Assembly: GCA_023898645.1 (NCBI GenBank)
Contig: CP060232.1
Coordinates: 60,001-92,000, forward strand
Reading direction: 5' to 3'
DNA length: 32,000 nucleotides
Source: Candidatus Saccharimonadota bacterium
GTDB lineage: Bacteria; Patescibacteriota; Saccharimonadia; Saccharimonadales; Saccharimonadaceae
Shown here: one piece after another, positions 16,757 through 32,000 of the stretch
Position numbering within the stretch: position 1 is the first letter of the stretch
How the letters are laid out: every line of letters starts with the position of its first letter
Notes under the pieces: generated by a model
Told to the model about the DNA's origin: nothing
What the model saw: only the letters and a program-made list of their open reading frames with translations
The model's database searches: none
Program-made: the position numbers and the translations under genes

Positions 16757-17239
16757 ATGAGCAATCTTGTAAAGTGGGATCCTTTTACAGAACTTTCTGT
16801 ATTACAAAAACAGTTTTTCGGTGACGATTGGATGTCACCGGTCAAGGGAATGAACATTCCTACTACGGATGTTTATACAAAAGACAACGAGCTGGTCGTT
16901 GAGGCTCATCTGCCAAACTTTGATCAGGACGATATAAACATTCAGGTTGAGGAAGGCTCTTTGATTGTTAGCGCAGAACGGCACGAAAAAGAAGAGGATA
17001 AAGATAAAAAATACGTTGTGCGCGAAAGTTCAAGCAGCTTTTATCGTCGTATCGCTTTGCCAAAGCGTGCGGACGCTGACAAAATCGAAGCACATCTTAA
17101 CGAAGGAGTGTTGACAGTAAAGGTGCCGCTAGCGCCGCTTTCAGAACCAAAAAAAATCGCTATTTCAAGCAACAAGAAAAAGTGGAGAAGTTTTCAGAGG
17201 AAGAGGCTCATTCACGAGTCTCTTCCTGAATATGGGTAA
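16757..17239 (+). CDS. hsp20: Small heat-shock protein, Hsp20/alpha-crystallin family
   Basis: N-terminal 'WDPFTEL', alpha-crystallin domain 'DVYTKDNELVVEAHLPNF...SFYRRIALPKRADADKIEAHLNEGVLTVKVP', IXI motif 'IAI'. There is an unusually long 24-aa basic tail after the IXI motif. Confidence 0.9.
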   Translation: MSNLVKWDPFTELSVLQKQFFGDDWMSPVKGMNIPTTDVYTKDNELVVEAHLPNFDQDDINIQVEEGSLIVSAERHEKEEDKDKKYVVRESSSSFYRRIALPKRADADKIEAHLNEGVLTVKVPLAPLSEPKKIAISSNKKKWRSFQRKRLIHESLPEYG

Positions 17240-17313
17240 AAATTGCCTCAGTCTGACCCCGCCATAGAGCTTTGGTACGTTATAAAAATGTGAGTGGAGA
17301 ATAGGAGGAAGCT

Positions 17314-17789
17314 ATGACAAATACGACATTACAGCCCGGGCGCGTCGCGACGTATCCGGCATTAATGAGTACGAGTCAAAATAGGTTAGATACATTGCCT
17401 CTTGGTGCAAATCGTAATCGCGAACTGTTTAAACTGCGTGCTTCTTATTTTGTTGAACTTTTTCCGGATGAATTAGTAATCCAGGAAAAACAATATCTGT
17501 CATTGTCAACCAATTTTTCGTTTCGTCTACGGAAACTATGCCCGTGAGAGATATTGGAAGAGTAGTATATATCGAAACTCCCCTTTTTGGAGGCCTGAGA
17601 ATTATTGGTAAAAATACGCAACACGAACTGAGAATAAAAGGTCTTAACAAGAAGCAGGCCATAAAGGCTAAAGAGATTATCGAAGGTCTGATACTTGTAA
17701 ATGCAGGAGTTGTCGATGTGCCGTATTGGACTGAAACTGATTATCGCAGAGACATGTTGGCTGAAGCTGGGCGTAATCAGGGGAATTAA
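17314..17789 (+). pseudogene. Bacterial PH (bPH_2-like) domain protein split by a 1-nt frameshift in an A5 run
   Basis: ORFs 17314-17547 (frame 1) and 17538-17789 (frame 3) overlap. Adding one A at 17486-17490 gives a continuous '...FPDELVIQEKTISVIVNQFFVSSTETMPVRDIGRVVYIETPLFGGLRIIGKNTQHELRIKGLNKKQAIKAKEIIEGLIL', which fits the bPH pattern. AGGAGG SD precedes 17314. Confidence 0.5.
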
Positions 17790-18058
17790 TGCGATCTGCG
17801 CCACAAGATGTGCTATAGGAAAATAATTACACGGTTCAAAATCCGTACGATGATCTAGCATGTATTTCACAGAGAATTTACATAGTATTTGCGTGCGAAG
17901 ATTTTTGAGAAAATTTAAAGAAGAGCCAAGCTAGGGTGACGGCCGTTAAACTGACGACTATGAGCAACGAAAAATATTTGTCGTTATACGGGGTTTTCGT
18001 TGCCGACATTAATATTGTACGATGTTTAATTTTGTAGTGTGCCTACCACCGTACATAA

Positions 18059-18087
18059 TTGAAAAATAATCACAAAAATGATATACT
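18059..18087 (+). promoter_or_regulatory. Promoter TTGAAA-17 nt-TATACT placed for a leaderless or near-leaderless transcript
   Basis: -35 at 18059-18064 and -10 at 18082-18087. ATG 18097 lies only 9 nt after the -10 box, with no SD between them. Confidence 0.55.
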
Positions 18088-18096
18088 ATCAAAATT

Positions 18097-18588
18097 ATGA
18101 GTGATAGAGAGTACGAGTTGGCAGAAAAAATGCGCATTAAGCGTTTGTGTAAAGAGAATTTTGGTGTGGATTTACGTATTAATACCATTGTTGCTTCTGA
18201 CGTAGAGATGACACAAGACGATTCTTATACGACGATTTTTAACACAAATGGCGCTATGTATGCACTTTGTGAAACTAACGAGCCTACTACTTTACGAGAC
18301 ATCAAATCACAGATTAGACTAATGGGTTTGGATGCAGAATATTACTATCCCCCTGCACATGATGTTAATTACTTCGAACGATACGGCAAAAATGCATTTT
18401 TGTCCGTGTTTCCTGGCCGCGAGATTTCTACAGAATCGGATATCGATTTTTACAAGACATTGGCACCATATAGCCCGGCGCTCGTACGTATCCGTAAGGT
18501 CAACGGTAGGATCCGTCGCTTTAACAAGCCTGGTAACATGTGGCAAACGACAATGGATCTTTCTTATTCTCGTATTAGGGTGCAATAA
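18097..18588 (+). CDS. Hypothetical protein (163 aa), no recognisable domain
   Basis: Clean ORF in the AT-rich islet. Soluble and mixed-charge. The stop lies 2 nt before the next ATG. Confidence 0.65.
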   Translation: MSDREYELAEKMRIKRLCKENFGVDLRINTIVASDVEMTQDDSYTTIFNTNGAMYALCETNEPTTLRDIKSQIRLMGLDAEYYYPPAHDVNYFERYGKNAFLSVFPGREISTESDIDFYKTLAPYSPALVRIRKVNGRIRRFNKPGNMWQTTMDLSYSRIRVQ

Positions 18589-18590
18589 TC

Positions 18591-19607
18591 ATGAAAAACT
18601 CTACTATCAGTCAGAATGAACTACTCGACAAACAGGCTATGATCGATATGGTCTTGATGGATAGAGAGCATTTTCGTGCTCAGGCGGAGTCGTCGCTGTT
18701 ACGTTTTAGCCCACGAGAACGGAAACTGCTAAAAAAGATCGAGACGGAAACTGTCTCTGCATATGACGTACTATATGCATGGAAGAATGAACTGAATCCG
18801 TTGATTAAGCAGCTAGAATCTAAGCGTGTCGACAAAACATTCCGTATCGACATGAAAAAACAACTTATACTGGCAGAAGATGAGTTAAATGAAAAAGTGC
18901 GCCAACTGGTTGAAGCACGTATTAGCGAAATTCAGACACGTTTTCTAGAGAAAATGTACACCAGTGACAGAACGGCATATAGAAATGCCGAAATGCTTTT
19001 GACCAAGCCAGACCAAGAATTAGATGAATTACTTTCACACGTTGTTTCAGCAACTCTTTCGACAATTGTGGCTGCTGAACATGGGGTAACGATTATCGAT
19101 GGGCATGCATCGCTATTTCGCCGACTTAGGTTACGTCGGCAGGTTCGTCGTGAACGAAAACAGATAAAGAGTAGCCATCGCGAACGTCTAGCGTACATAA
19201 CTCGACGTAAGCAGGTGCTAACAAATCAAAACGGTGGACTTCTTGTAGCGATAAGTGAAAAAGGCTGGGATCTAATAACTATTATTAGCATGCGTAATCA
19301 ATATGAGAAACGCATTAACGCATTACCGTTAAAAAGTTCAAAAAACGTTGTTAAAAGGTTGGCAATTTTTGAAGAAATTACTCAAAAATTTCGCAATGAC
19401 TATATCGAAAAGATTACATCTACTAATCCAAAAGCCGGATTAAATTCCGTTCGTACAATTACACAAGAAGTAGACGATTTGCTACAAAGAATTTTTGATC
19501 TTTCGACTGCTCAAAAAAATCAATTGTTAGTACACTCAAAGGAATATCGTGAGCTCACAGAAGAGCACCAAGAGATTCTAGTGGAAAACAACAAAGTACA
19601 TATATAA
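18591..19607 (+). CDS. Hypothetical alpha-helical/coiled-coil protein (338 aa) with a central Arg-rich segment
   Basis: Tightly coupled to 18097-18588. Long heptad-like helical stretches and 'RRLRLRRQVRRERKQIKSSHRERLAYITRRKQ'. No family recognised. Confidence 0.65.
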   Translation: MKNSTISQNELLDKQAMIDMVLMDREHFRAQAESSLLRFSPRERKLLKKIETETVSAYDVLYAWKNELNPLIKQLESKRVDKTFRIDMKKQLILAEDELNEKVRQLVEARISEIQTRFLEKMYTSDRTAYRNAEMLLTKPDQELDELLSHVVSATLSTIVAAEHGVTIIDGHASLFRRLRLRRQVRRERKQIKSSHRERLAYITRRKQVLTNQNGGLLVAISEKGWDLITIISMRNQYEKRINALPLKSSKNVVKRLAIFEEITQKFRNDYIEKITSTNPKAGLNSVRTITQEVDDLLQRIFDLSTAQKNQLLVHSKEYRELTEEHQEILVENNKVHI

Positions 19608-19708
19608 GTATTTGGTGTAGGGGGGTGTCCACCTAGTGGCGGACTTCGTATAGATGGCCTTTAGATATCAAGACTAAGACAAGCTTACGCTAATGGTACA
19701 CTGGGTAT

Positions 19709-20344
19709 ATGCATATAGATGTACTCGCTTGGTTGTATGCGTTGCCACCTATGGTGATTTACGTAGCCGTGTTGCTTGTGGTTGGAATTGAGAGCCTGGG
19801 GGTACCGCTGCCAGGTGAGTTAACTCTAACGAGTGCGGCATTGTTATCCAGTCAAGGTATAGCAAATCCATGGATAATTTGGGCTGCCGGTGCAACTGGA
19901 GCCATTGTGGGTGATTCGATTGGTTATTACATTGGTCGAGAGCAGGGCTATAAATTACTGAGGTTTTTAGAACGATTGTTTCCAAGGCATATCAATTCAC
20001 GTTCAATTAAATTGGCCGAGAGTGTCTTTCATGAGCATGGTGTGAAAACGGTATTTTTTGGACGTTTCGTTGCCATATTGCGAATTCTTGCCGGTCCGTT
20101 GGCGGGTATTTTAAAGATGCCATATGGACAATTTTTGCGAGCAAATGCTACCGGGGGCATCGTGTGGTCTGGAAGTGTCGTTTGGGTGGTGTACTTTTTG
20201 GGTATCATAGCTGAGCAGTGGATGCATGTTTTTTCGTGGGCCGTTTTGATCGTTGGACTCGCGCTGGGTGCGGTAACCTCAATAGTGTTTAGAGCGCGAG
20301 TTGATGCATATCTAGAGAAGCATCACGCCGTGTCGACAGAGTAG
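19709..20344 (+). CDS. dedA: DedA/SNARE-associated family membrane protein
   Basis: 'GVPLPGE', 'GAIVGDSIGYYIGR' and 'FFGRFVAILRILAGPLAGILKM' are classic DedA motifs. An extended -10-like TGgTACACT (19694-19702) sits 6 nt before the ATG. Confidence 0.85.
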   Translation: MHIDVLAWLYALPPMVIYVAVLLVVGIESLGVPLPGELTLTSAALLSSQGIANPWIIWAAGATGAIVGDSIGYYIGREQGYKLLRFLERLFPRHINSRSIKLAESVFHEHGVKTVFFGRFVAILRILAGPLAGILKMPYGQFLRANATGGIVWSGSVVWVVYFLGIIAEQWMHVFSWAVLIVGLALGAVTSIVFRARVDAYLEKHHAVSTE

Positions 20345-20479
20345 TCTTTAATACGATGAGACCGTCGAAAATTATCGGTACACATTTGAAAAAGATGCGA
20401 ATTTATGATAGGGTAATAACCATTCTGCATTAGAGGTGAGTGTGGAGTGGAACTGTCCTTTCAAAATTTAGGAGTTCTC

Positions 20480-22219
20480 ATGGGCGAGAATGACAATCGG
20501 TCGCAAGACGACCAAAATGGTGAGCTTGAGGAGCTGCAAGTAAAGTTGCGAAAGCTTCAGGCGCTTGAGGAGAAAGTGGAGTCGCTTCAGGGCGAAAACA
20601 CCAATCTCGTCATACGCAACGAAAAGCTCAGCGACACGTTGCAGACAGCAAGGCAACAAATGCTTCAGCTTCGAGAAGAAATTGATCGTTTAGGCAATCC
20701 GCCGAGCGGTTATGGTGTTCTTTTGAATTGCAATGACGACGACACGGTGGATGTCTATACATCTAGCCGCAGGATGCGCGTGCAGATTTCACCGAATATC
20801 GACATGGACAAGCTTCGTATCGGACAGTTGGTCCGCGTTAATGAGGCCATGACTGTTGTCGAGGCCGTGGGATTCATGCGTACCGGCGAGCTGTGCACGT
20901 TAAAGGAAGTACTTCACAGTGACGTGGAGAACGAACCTCTTCGTGCGCAAATTATCACGCAAACAGACAGCGAACAGATCGTATTGGTGGCTGATTCGAT
21001 TGATTCCTCGTTGTTAAAGGCGGGTGATACGTTGCTTGTCGACACCAAGGCTGGGTACGTGTTCGAACGGATTCCGAAGTCGGATGCGGAGCAGTTGGTG
21101 CTGGAGGAAGTTCCGGACATCGACTACGACGACATTGGTGGATTGTCGCGTCAAATCGAGCAGATTTTTGACGCTGTCGAACTACCGTTCCTCTATAAGG
21201 AGTTGTTCGCGGAGTATAAACTGCAGCCACCGAAGGGTGTGCTGCTGTATGGACCTCCGGGTTGCGGCAAGACGATGATCGCAAAAGCGGTTGCGAACTC
21301 GCTGGCGAAAAAGATGAAAGAACGGACCGGAGATGGTACTGGGAAGGCATACTTCCTGAACATCAAAGGACCGGAGCTTCTCAACAAGTTCGTTGGCGAA
21401 ACCGAGCGGCATATTCGTGAAATTTTCCGTCGGGCCCGTGAAAAGGCTGCGGAAGGTGTGCCGGTCATCGTGTTTTTCGATGAGATGGAGTCTATGTTCC
21501 GCACACGTGGAACGGGCATTTCGTCTGATATGGAAAGCACGGTTGTGCCACAGTTGCTTAGCGAGATCGATGGTGTCGAAGGTTTGGAAAACGTGCTGGT
21601 CATTGGCGCGTCCAATCGTGAAGACATGATTGATCCTGCCGTACTTCGCCCCGGTCGTCTAGATGTGAAAATCAAGGTTGAACGACCTGACGCAGAAGCT
21701 ACGGCGGATATTTTTTCTAAGTATCTCACTGTGGACTTGCCGATTCACGCTGACGATCTTGTCGAATTTGGCGGGGACGCACAAGCGTGTATCAATGGCA
21801 TGATCGAGCGTTCGGTGACGCGTATGTACGACGAGGTTGATGAGAATCGATTCCTTGAAGTGACATATGCAAATGGCGACAAAGAAGTCATGTATTTTAA
21901 AGACTTCAATTCGGGCGCAATGATAAAAAACATTGTCGACCGGGCCAAGAAGTACGCCATTAAGGCCATGATTGAGACCGAACAGCGTGGCATTCGCATC
22001 CAACACCTCATGGAAGCGATAGTCGATGAGTTCGCTGAGAACGAAGATATGCCGAATACGACAAACCCGGATGACTGGGCTCGTATATCGGGCAAGAAGG
22101 GTGAGCGCATAGTGTATATCCGTACGCTCGTCACGGGTAAAAATCAGAATAGTGATGGAGGTGGTCGTACCATCGACACCGCTGAAGATAAGTATGGTGG
22201 ACTGGGACAATATTTGTGA
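20480..22219 (+). CDS. mpa: Proteasome-associated AAA ATPase Mpa/ARC
   Basis: Start trimmed to ATG 20480 (AGGAG 5 nt upstream). N-terminal coiled coil, then 'PPSGYGVLL...DDDTVDV' OB region, Walker A GPPGCGKT, Walker [11 protein letters not shown]. '[25 protein letters not shown]' and '[29 protein letters not shown]' are present. The C-terminus is the proteasome-docking motif GQYL. Confidence 0.9.
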   Translation: MGENDNRSQDDQNGELEELQVKLRKLQALEEKVESLQGENTNLVIRNEKLSDTLQTARQQMLQLREEIDRLGNPPSGYGVLLNCNDDDTVDVYTSSRRMRVQISPNIDMDKLRIGQLVRVNEAMTVVEAVGFMRTGELCTLKEVLHSDVENEPLRAQIITQTDSEQIVLVADSIDSSLLKAGDTLLVDTKAGYVFERIPKSDAEQLVLEEVPDIDYDDIGGLSRQIEQIFDAVELPFLYKELFAEYKLQPPKGVLLYGPPGCGKTMIAKAVANSLAKKMKERTGDGTGKAYFLNIKGPELLNKFVGETERHIREIFRRAREKAAEGVPVIVFFDEMESMFRTRGTGISSDMESTVVPQLLSEIDGVEGLENVLVIGASNREDMIDPAVLRPGRLDVKIKVERPDAEATADIFSKYLTVDLPIHADDLVEFGGDAQACINGMIERSVTRMYDEVDENRFLEVTYANGDKEVMYFKDFNSGAMIKNIVDRAKKYAIKAMIETEQRGIRIQHLMEAIVDEFAENEDMPNTTNPDDWARISGKKGERIVYIRTLVTGKNQNSDGGGRTIDTAEDKYGGLGQYL

Positions 22220-22245
22220 GTAATCGCAAATCCCCGCACCAACCA

Positions 22246-22291
22246 CTCTGGTAACGTAGTAGCCAAGCCGCTACGTTACCAGAGTTTTTTT
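22246..22291 (+). terminator. Strong intrinsic terminator after mpa
   Basis: 14-bp perfect stem CTCTGGTAACGTAG / CTACGTTACCAGAG, an 11-nt loop, then T7 (22285-22291). Confidence 0.85.
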
Positions 22292-22416
22292 ATTGCAATG
22301 AATTTACTTGGCTATTCATGAAACTGCGCTATACTTAAGCATAAGAGTTGTAGAACCGTGTGAGGGGGTACGACTAGATTTATGGTTTAGTTGGAAGGCA
22401 AGAAAAAGCAATACAT

Positions 22417-22932
22417 ATGTTGAGAAATATAAAAGCTCCATTAGTACTGACAGCTCTCTGTCTCTTTTTGCTTTTGAGTGCGGGTACCATACAGTCTGTA
22501 TTTGCTAGTGGGGAAACCGTATCAGCTGACCCTACGGCAACAACCGAACTTAAGACAGCAGCGCCAATTTCGGGCGTAACTATAAACGGGGCTGATAATT
22601 CCACTGTACCAGTAAAACTCCTTGTTACTAATGGTAGCTTGTCGATGACGACGACGACAGGCTTGACGTTTGAGGATGTCAATGGCAACACGATATCCAA
22701 CCCGCAGACCGGTTCAACTCTATATTTTAGTGGCACACGCTCGGACGTAAACGCGGCACTGGCAACTTTGCATTACACTCGAAACTCGGTTGGCACTGAT
22801 ACGCTTGAAATTTCACTCGTAAATCCTGGCGAGGTCTTTTTCTCGGGTACTGGCCACTTGTATGAATATGTTGCCAGTTCGCTTGATGGCAATAGTGCTG
22901 GTAGTTGCAATGCTTGCTGCAGTGCTTCTTGA
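22417..22932 (+). CDS. Secreted protein of unknown function (signal peptide, Thr/Ser-rich)
   Basis: The N-terminus 'MLRNIKAPLVLTALCLFLLLSAGTIQSVFA' is a good signal peptide. No obvious SD. The 3' 71 nt overlap the next ORF in another frame. The ORF ends soon after 'GTGHLYEYV'. Confidence 0.5.
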   Translation: MLRNIKAPLVLTALCLFLLLSAGTIQSVFASGETVSADPTATTELKTAAPISGVTINGADNSTVPVKLLVTNGSLSMTTTTGLTFEDVNGNTISNPQTGSTLYFSGTRSDVNAALATLHYTRNSVGTDTLEISLVNPGEVFFSGTGHLYEYVASSLDGNSAGSCNACCSAS

Positions 22933-23872
22933 TGAGCGTGTATTTGCCGTTACCCCAAGCTCTACCAACAACAACCTCAATACGCTCAAAATTTCACCCG
23001 TTCGTAGCGACCTAGTGATTGCTCCTGGCAAGAGTGGTACTGTGACGGTAAAGGTATCTAACCTTACTAAGGTACCTATGACGATCCAATCGATCGAAAA
23101 CGATTTCATAGCTGGCGACGAAAAGGGTACGCCGGCGCTGATACTGGACGCAAGTAAATACGCACCTACCCATAGCCTGAAGCGCTTCATGGTGCCTATC
23201 GCAAACGTCACCATACCTGCAGAAACTGTGAGAGAAATCAAATTGACGATCAACGTACCTGCAAATGCAAAGCCAGGTGGCTATTACGGTGCGGTAAGGT
23301 TTTCTCCTGTAGTGGGAGATGGCTCGGCATCTGTCAACCTGAGTGCTAGTGCGGCTTCGTTGATATTGCTAAATGTACCTGGTGAAGCAATCGAAAAGCT
23401 TAATTTGACTGATTTTTCAATCATGCAAGGCAGTAAGATTGATACGGTGTTTCAGAGTGCAAACGACATACGGGTTTCATACCGATTTGCGAACGCAGGT
23501 AGCATACAAGAAGGTCCGTTTGGCAAAATAACAGTCAAGCAGGGCGACAAAGTGGTGTATAGCTACGACTTTAACACCGACACGCCGCGCGAGATGGTGC
23601 TACCCGACAGTGCTCGTCGCTGGGATGTGCCGCTTAAAAATATCGGCAGCTTCGGCAACTACACGGTCACAGCGACGTTTACCTATGGCAAAAACAACGA
23701 AACTCTAGACGTCACGAAGTCATTTTGGGTGATCCCATGGAGTGTCATCATCGGAGCAATCGTGGGTCTGATAGCAATCGTAGGCCTTGTAGTGGGAATC
23801 TGGATGTTCCTAAAAAGCTATAAACGTCGCATACTGCATAGCCAAAGCCGCCGTGGCGGTTACCGACGCTAA
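22862..23872 (+). CDS. Cell-surface protein, DUF916/DUF3324-like, with C-terminal TM anchor
   Basis: Signal-like 'MAIVLVVAMLAAVLL'. 'ISPVRSDLVIAPGKSGTVTVKVSNLTK...NVPANAKPGGYYGAVRF' and the second half '...VLPDSARRWDVPLKNIGSFGNYTVTATFTYG' resemble CscA-type DUF916/DUF3324 proteins. C-terminal TM 'WSVIIGAIVGLIAIVGLVVGIWMFL' followed by KSYKRR. The start is uncertain (22862, 22868 or 22886). Confidence 0.6.
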   Translation: MNMLPVRLMAIVLVVAMLAAVLLDERVFAVTPSSTNNNLNTLKISPVRSDLVIAPGKSGTVTVKVSNLTKVPMTIQSIENDFIAGDEKGTPALILDASKYAPTHSLKRFMVPIANVTIPAETVREIKLTINVPANAKPGGYYGAVRFSPVVGDGSASVNLSASAASLILLNVPGEAIEKLNLTDFSIMQGSKIDTVFQSANDIRVSYRFANAGSIQEGPFGKITVKQGDKVVYSYDFNTDTPREMVLPDSARRWDVPLKNIGSFGNYTVTATFTYGKNNETLDVTKSFWVIPWSVIIGAIVGLIAIVGLVVGIWMFLKSYKRRILHSQSRRGGYRR

Positions 23873-23901
23873 GTCATAAACTAGCTGATTTATGTGAGTT
23901 A

Positions 23902-23933
23902 ATACAGGGAGCGAAGTCGCTCCCTGTATTTTA
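23902..23933 (+). terminator. Intrinsic terminator
   Basis: ATACAGGGAGCG-aagt-CGCTCCCTGTAT (12-bp perfect stem) followed by TTTTA. Confidence 0.8.
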
Positions 23934-23957
23934 TAAGAACCCACAAAGGTTTACCCC

Positions 23958-23986
23958 TTTTCATATATAGCATAAGCAGATATAAT
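23958..23986 (+). promoter_or_regulatory. Possible promoter of the TPR/giant-protein operon (TTTTCA-17 nt-TATAAT)
   Basis: Consensus TATAAT at 23981-23986 with a weak -35. The GGGGGAG SD precedes ATG 24013. Confidence 0.35.
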
Positions 23987-24012
23987 GAAGCTAAATATAT
24001 CAAGGGGGAGAT

Positions 24013-24723
24013 ATGGACACTAGGGGAACATCAGACACCGATAATTCATCGGGTAGTGCCGGCAATGAATCGTCGGGCGCAAAAAAGAAGGGTGTAAAGG
24101 GTCTAGCCCGAGCACTAGGGCGGTATTGGTACGCACTTGTCGTACTTGTCGTGATTGTCGCGGGAGCTATTGCGTGGTTTGTGCAGCAAGCATCTGCCGA
24201 CGCGGCGTGGCAAAAGGCTACCGACGATTACGGCCGGGCCGACTACGCTGCGGCAGCTAAGCTGCTAGACAACGTAGCAGTACCAACAGACGAAAAGCGT
24301 CTGACAGTCTATGCACAGACGATGCTGGCCACACGCCAGCTCGACAAGGCGCTGCCTGCGTACAATAGTTTGTATGCCAAGAAAAAGGATCCTGCCGTCA
24401 AGATTGTCATCGGCAATATCTACAACGAGCAAAAGAAGTACGACGAAGCCGCAAAGACATACCGCGACATAATAAACGCAAATACAACGTACATACAAGC
24501 GTATGTAAACTTGTCGACACTGTATAAGCTGCAAAGCAAAACACAGGACGCAATTGACGTTGCCAAGCAGGGCGTAAAGGCGAATCCGAATAGCGCAACG
24601 CTATACGAGCTACTTATCTCTATGCTGCTTGATAACCAAGGATCGACAGACTACAAACAGGCGGTCGCTACCTTGAAGAAACTTAACCCTTCGGATCCAC
24701 TACTACAAACACTAAAGAAATAG
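24013..24723 (+). CDS. Membrane-anchored TPR-repeat protein
   Basis: Ser/Gly-rich N-terminus, TM 'YWYALVVLVVIVAGAIAWFV', then TPR-like helical pairs ('KYDEAAKTYRDIINANTTYIQAYVNLSTLYKLQSKTQDAIDVAKQGVKANPNSA'). Confidence 0.8.
   Translation: MDTRGTSDTDNSSGSAGNESSGAKKKGVKGLARALGRYWYALVVLVVIVAGAIAWFVQQASADAAWQKATDDYGRADYAAAAKLLDNVAVPTDEKRLTVYAQTMLATRQLDKALPAYNSLYAKKKDPAVKIVIGNIYNEQKKYDEAAKTYRDIINANTTYIQAYVNLSTLYKLQSKTQDAIDVAKQGVKANPNSATLYELLISMLLDNQGSTDYKQAVATLKKLNPSDPLLQTLKK

Positions 24724-32000
<7,277 letters not shown>

Noticed and set aside
16600-16857. ORFs of 74 aa (+) and 89 aa (-) across the hsp20 promoter region
   Set aside because: They overlap the promoter/CIRCE element and the hsp20 5' end, and their sequences look non-protein-like.
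17429-17870. Minus-strand ORFs of 141 aa and 77 aa opposite the bPH-like gene
   Set aside because: Their composition looks random (Cys/Phe/Ile-rich) and they have no SD. The + strand gives a recognisable domain once the frameshift is repaired.
17878-18009. 43-aa minus-strand single-TM mini-ORF (MSATKTPYNDKYFSLLIVVSLTAVTLAWLFFKF...) in the AT-rich spacer
   Set aside because: There is no SD or promoter-like signal upstream. AT-rich spacers readily yield hydrophobic ORFs by chance. It is worth a look only if Ribo-seq data exist.
16262-19650. Intact mobile element or prophage at tRNA-Asn
   Set aside because: No integrase, transposase, terminal inverted repeats or clear right-end att copy could be found. 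Only a degraded-islet interpretation is supportable.
20955-22246. Antisense ORFs of 131, 178, 195 and 129 aa opposite mpa
   Set aside because: These are shadow ORFs opposite a strongly recognisable conserved gene. Their translations are Ser/Arg-rich with no motifs.
20345-22420. pup/dop/prcBA genes adjacent to mpa
   Set aside because: I looked for a ~60-aa ORF ending in GGQ or GGE and for proteasome subunit motifs on both flanks. None is present in this window.

Overview
The window is almost fully coding and uses the standard genetic code (long ORFs, no in-frame UGA problem). It is dominated by cell-envelope and cell-surface genes. Gene content suggests a small-genome Patescibacteria/Saccharibacteria-like bacterium, but this is low-confidence inference because no rRNA is present.

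Left to right:
- Wzy/O-antigen-ligase-like membrane protein.
- LexA-type wHTH protein without a peptidase domain.
- Two tandem membrane-anchored beta-lactamase-fold paralogs, one with intact catalytic motifs and one without.
- Tail-anchored ClpB-D2-like AAA+ ATPase.
- Short HhH protein.
- Minus-strand operon: a ~2040-aa surface protein tightly coupled to a MacB/FtsX-type ABC ATPase and permease.
- tRNA-Asn(GTT), followed by hairpins and partial copies made from the tRNA 3' end, then an AT-richer islet. The islet holds a 27-aa hydrophobic peptide ORF, hsp20 behind a CIRCE-like operator, a frameshifted bPH-like gene and two coupled unknown genes.
- dedA.
- An actinobacterial-type mpa/arc ending in GQYL, with no Pup-proteasome partners nearby.
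- A surface locus: secreted protein, DUF916/DUF3324-like anchor and TPR protein.
- A second giant ORF (24745 to beyond 32000, at least 2418 aa; 12 NHL-like blades plus Ig-like modules). It is missing from the supplied ORF track because it runs off the window.

In the ORF track 'M' can stand for GTG or TTG (checked at 1391, 6742, 9211, 15455, 15594, 20447), so several starts were trimmed. No CRISPR array, rRNA, transposase or integrase was seen.
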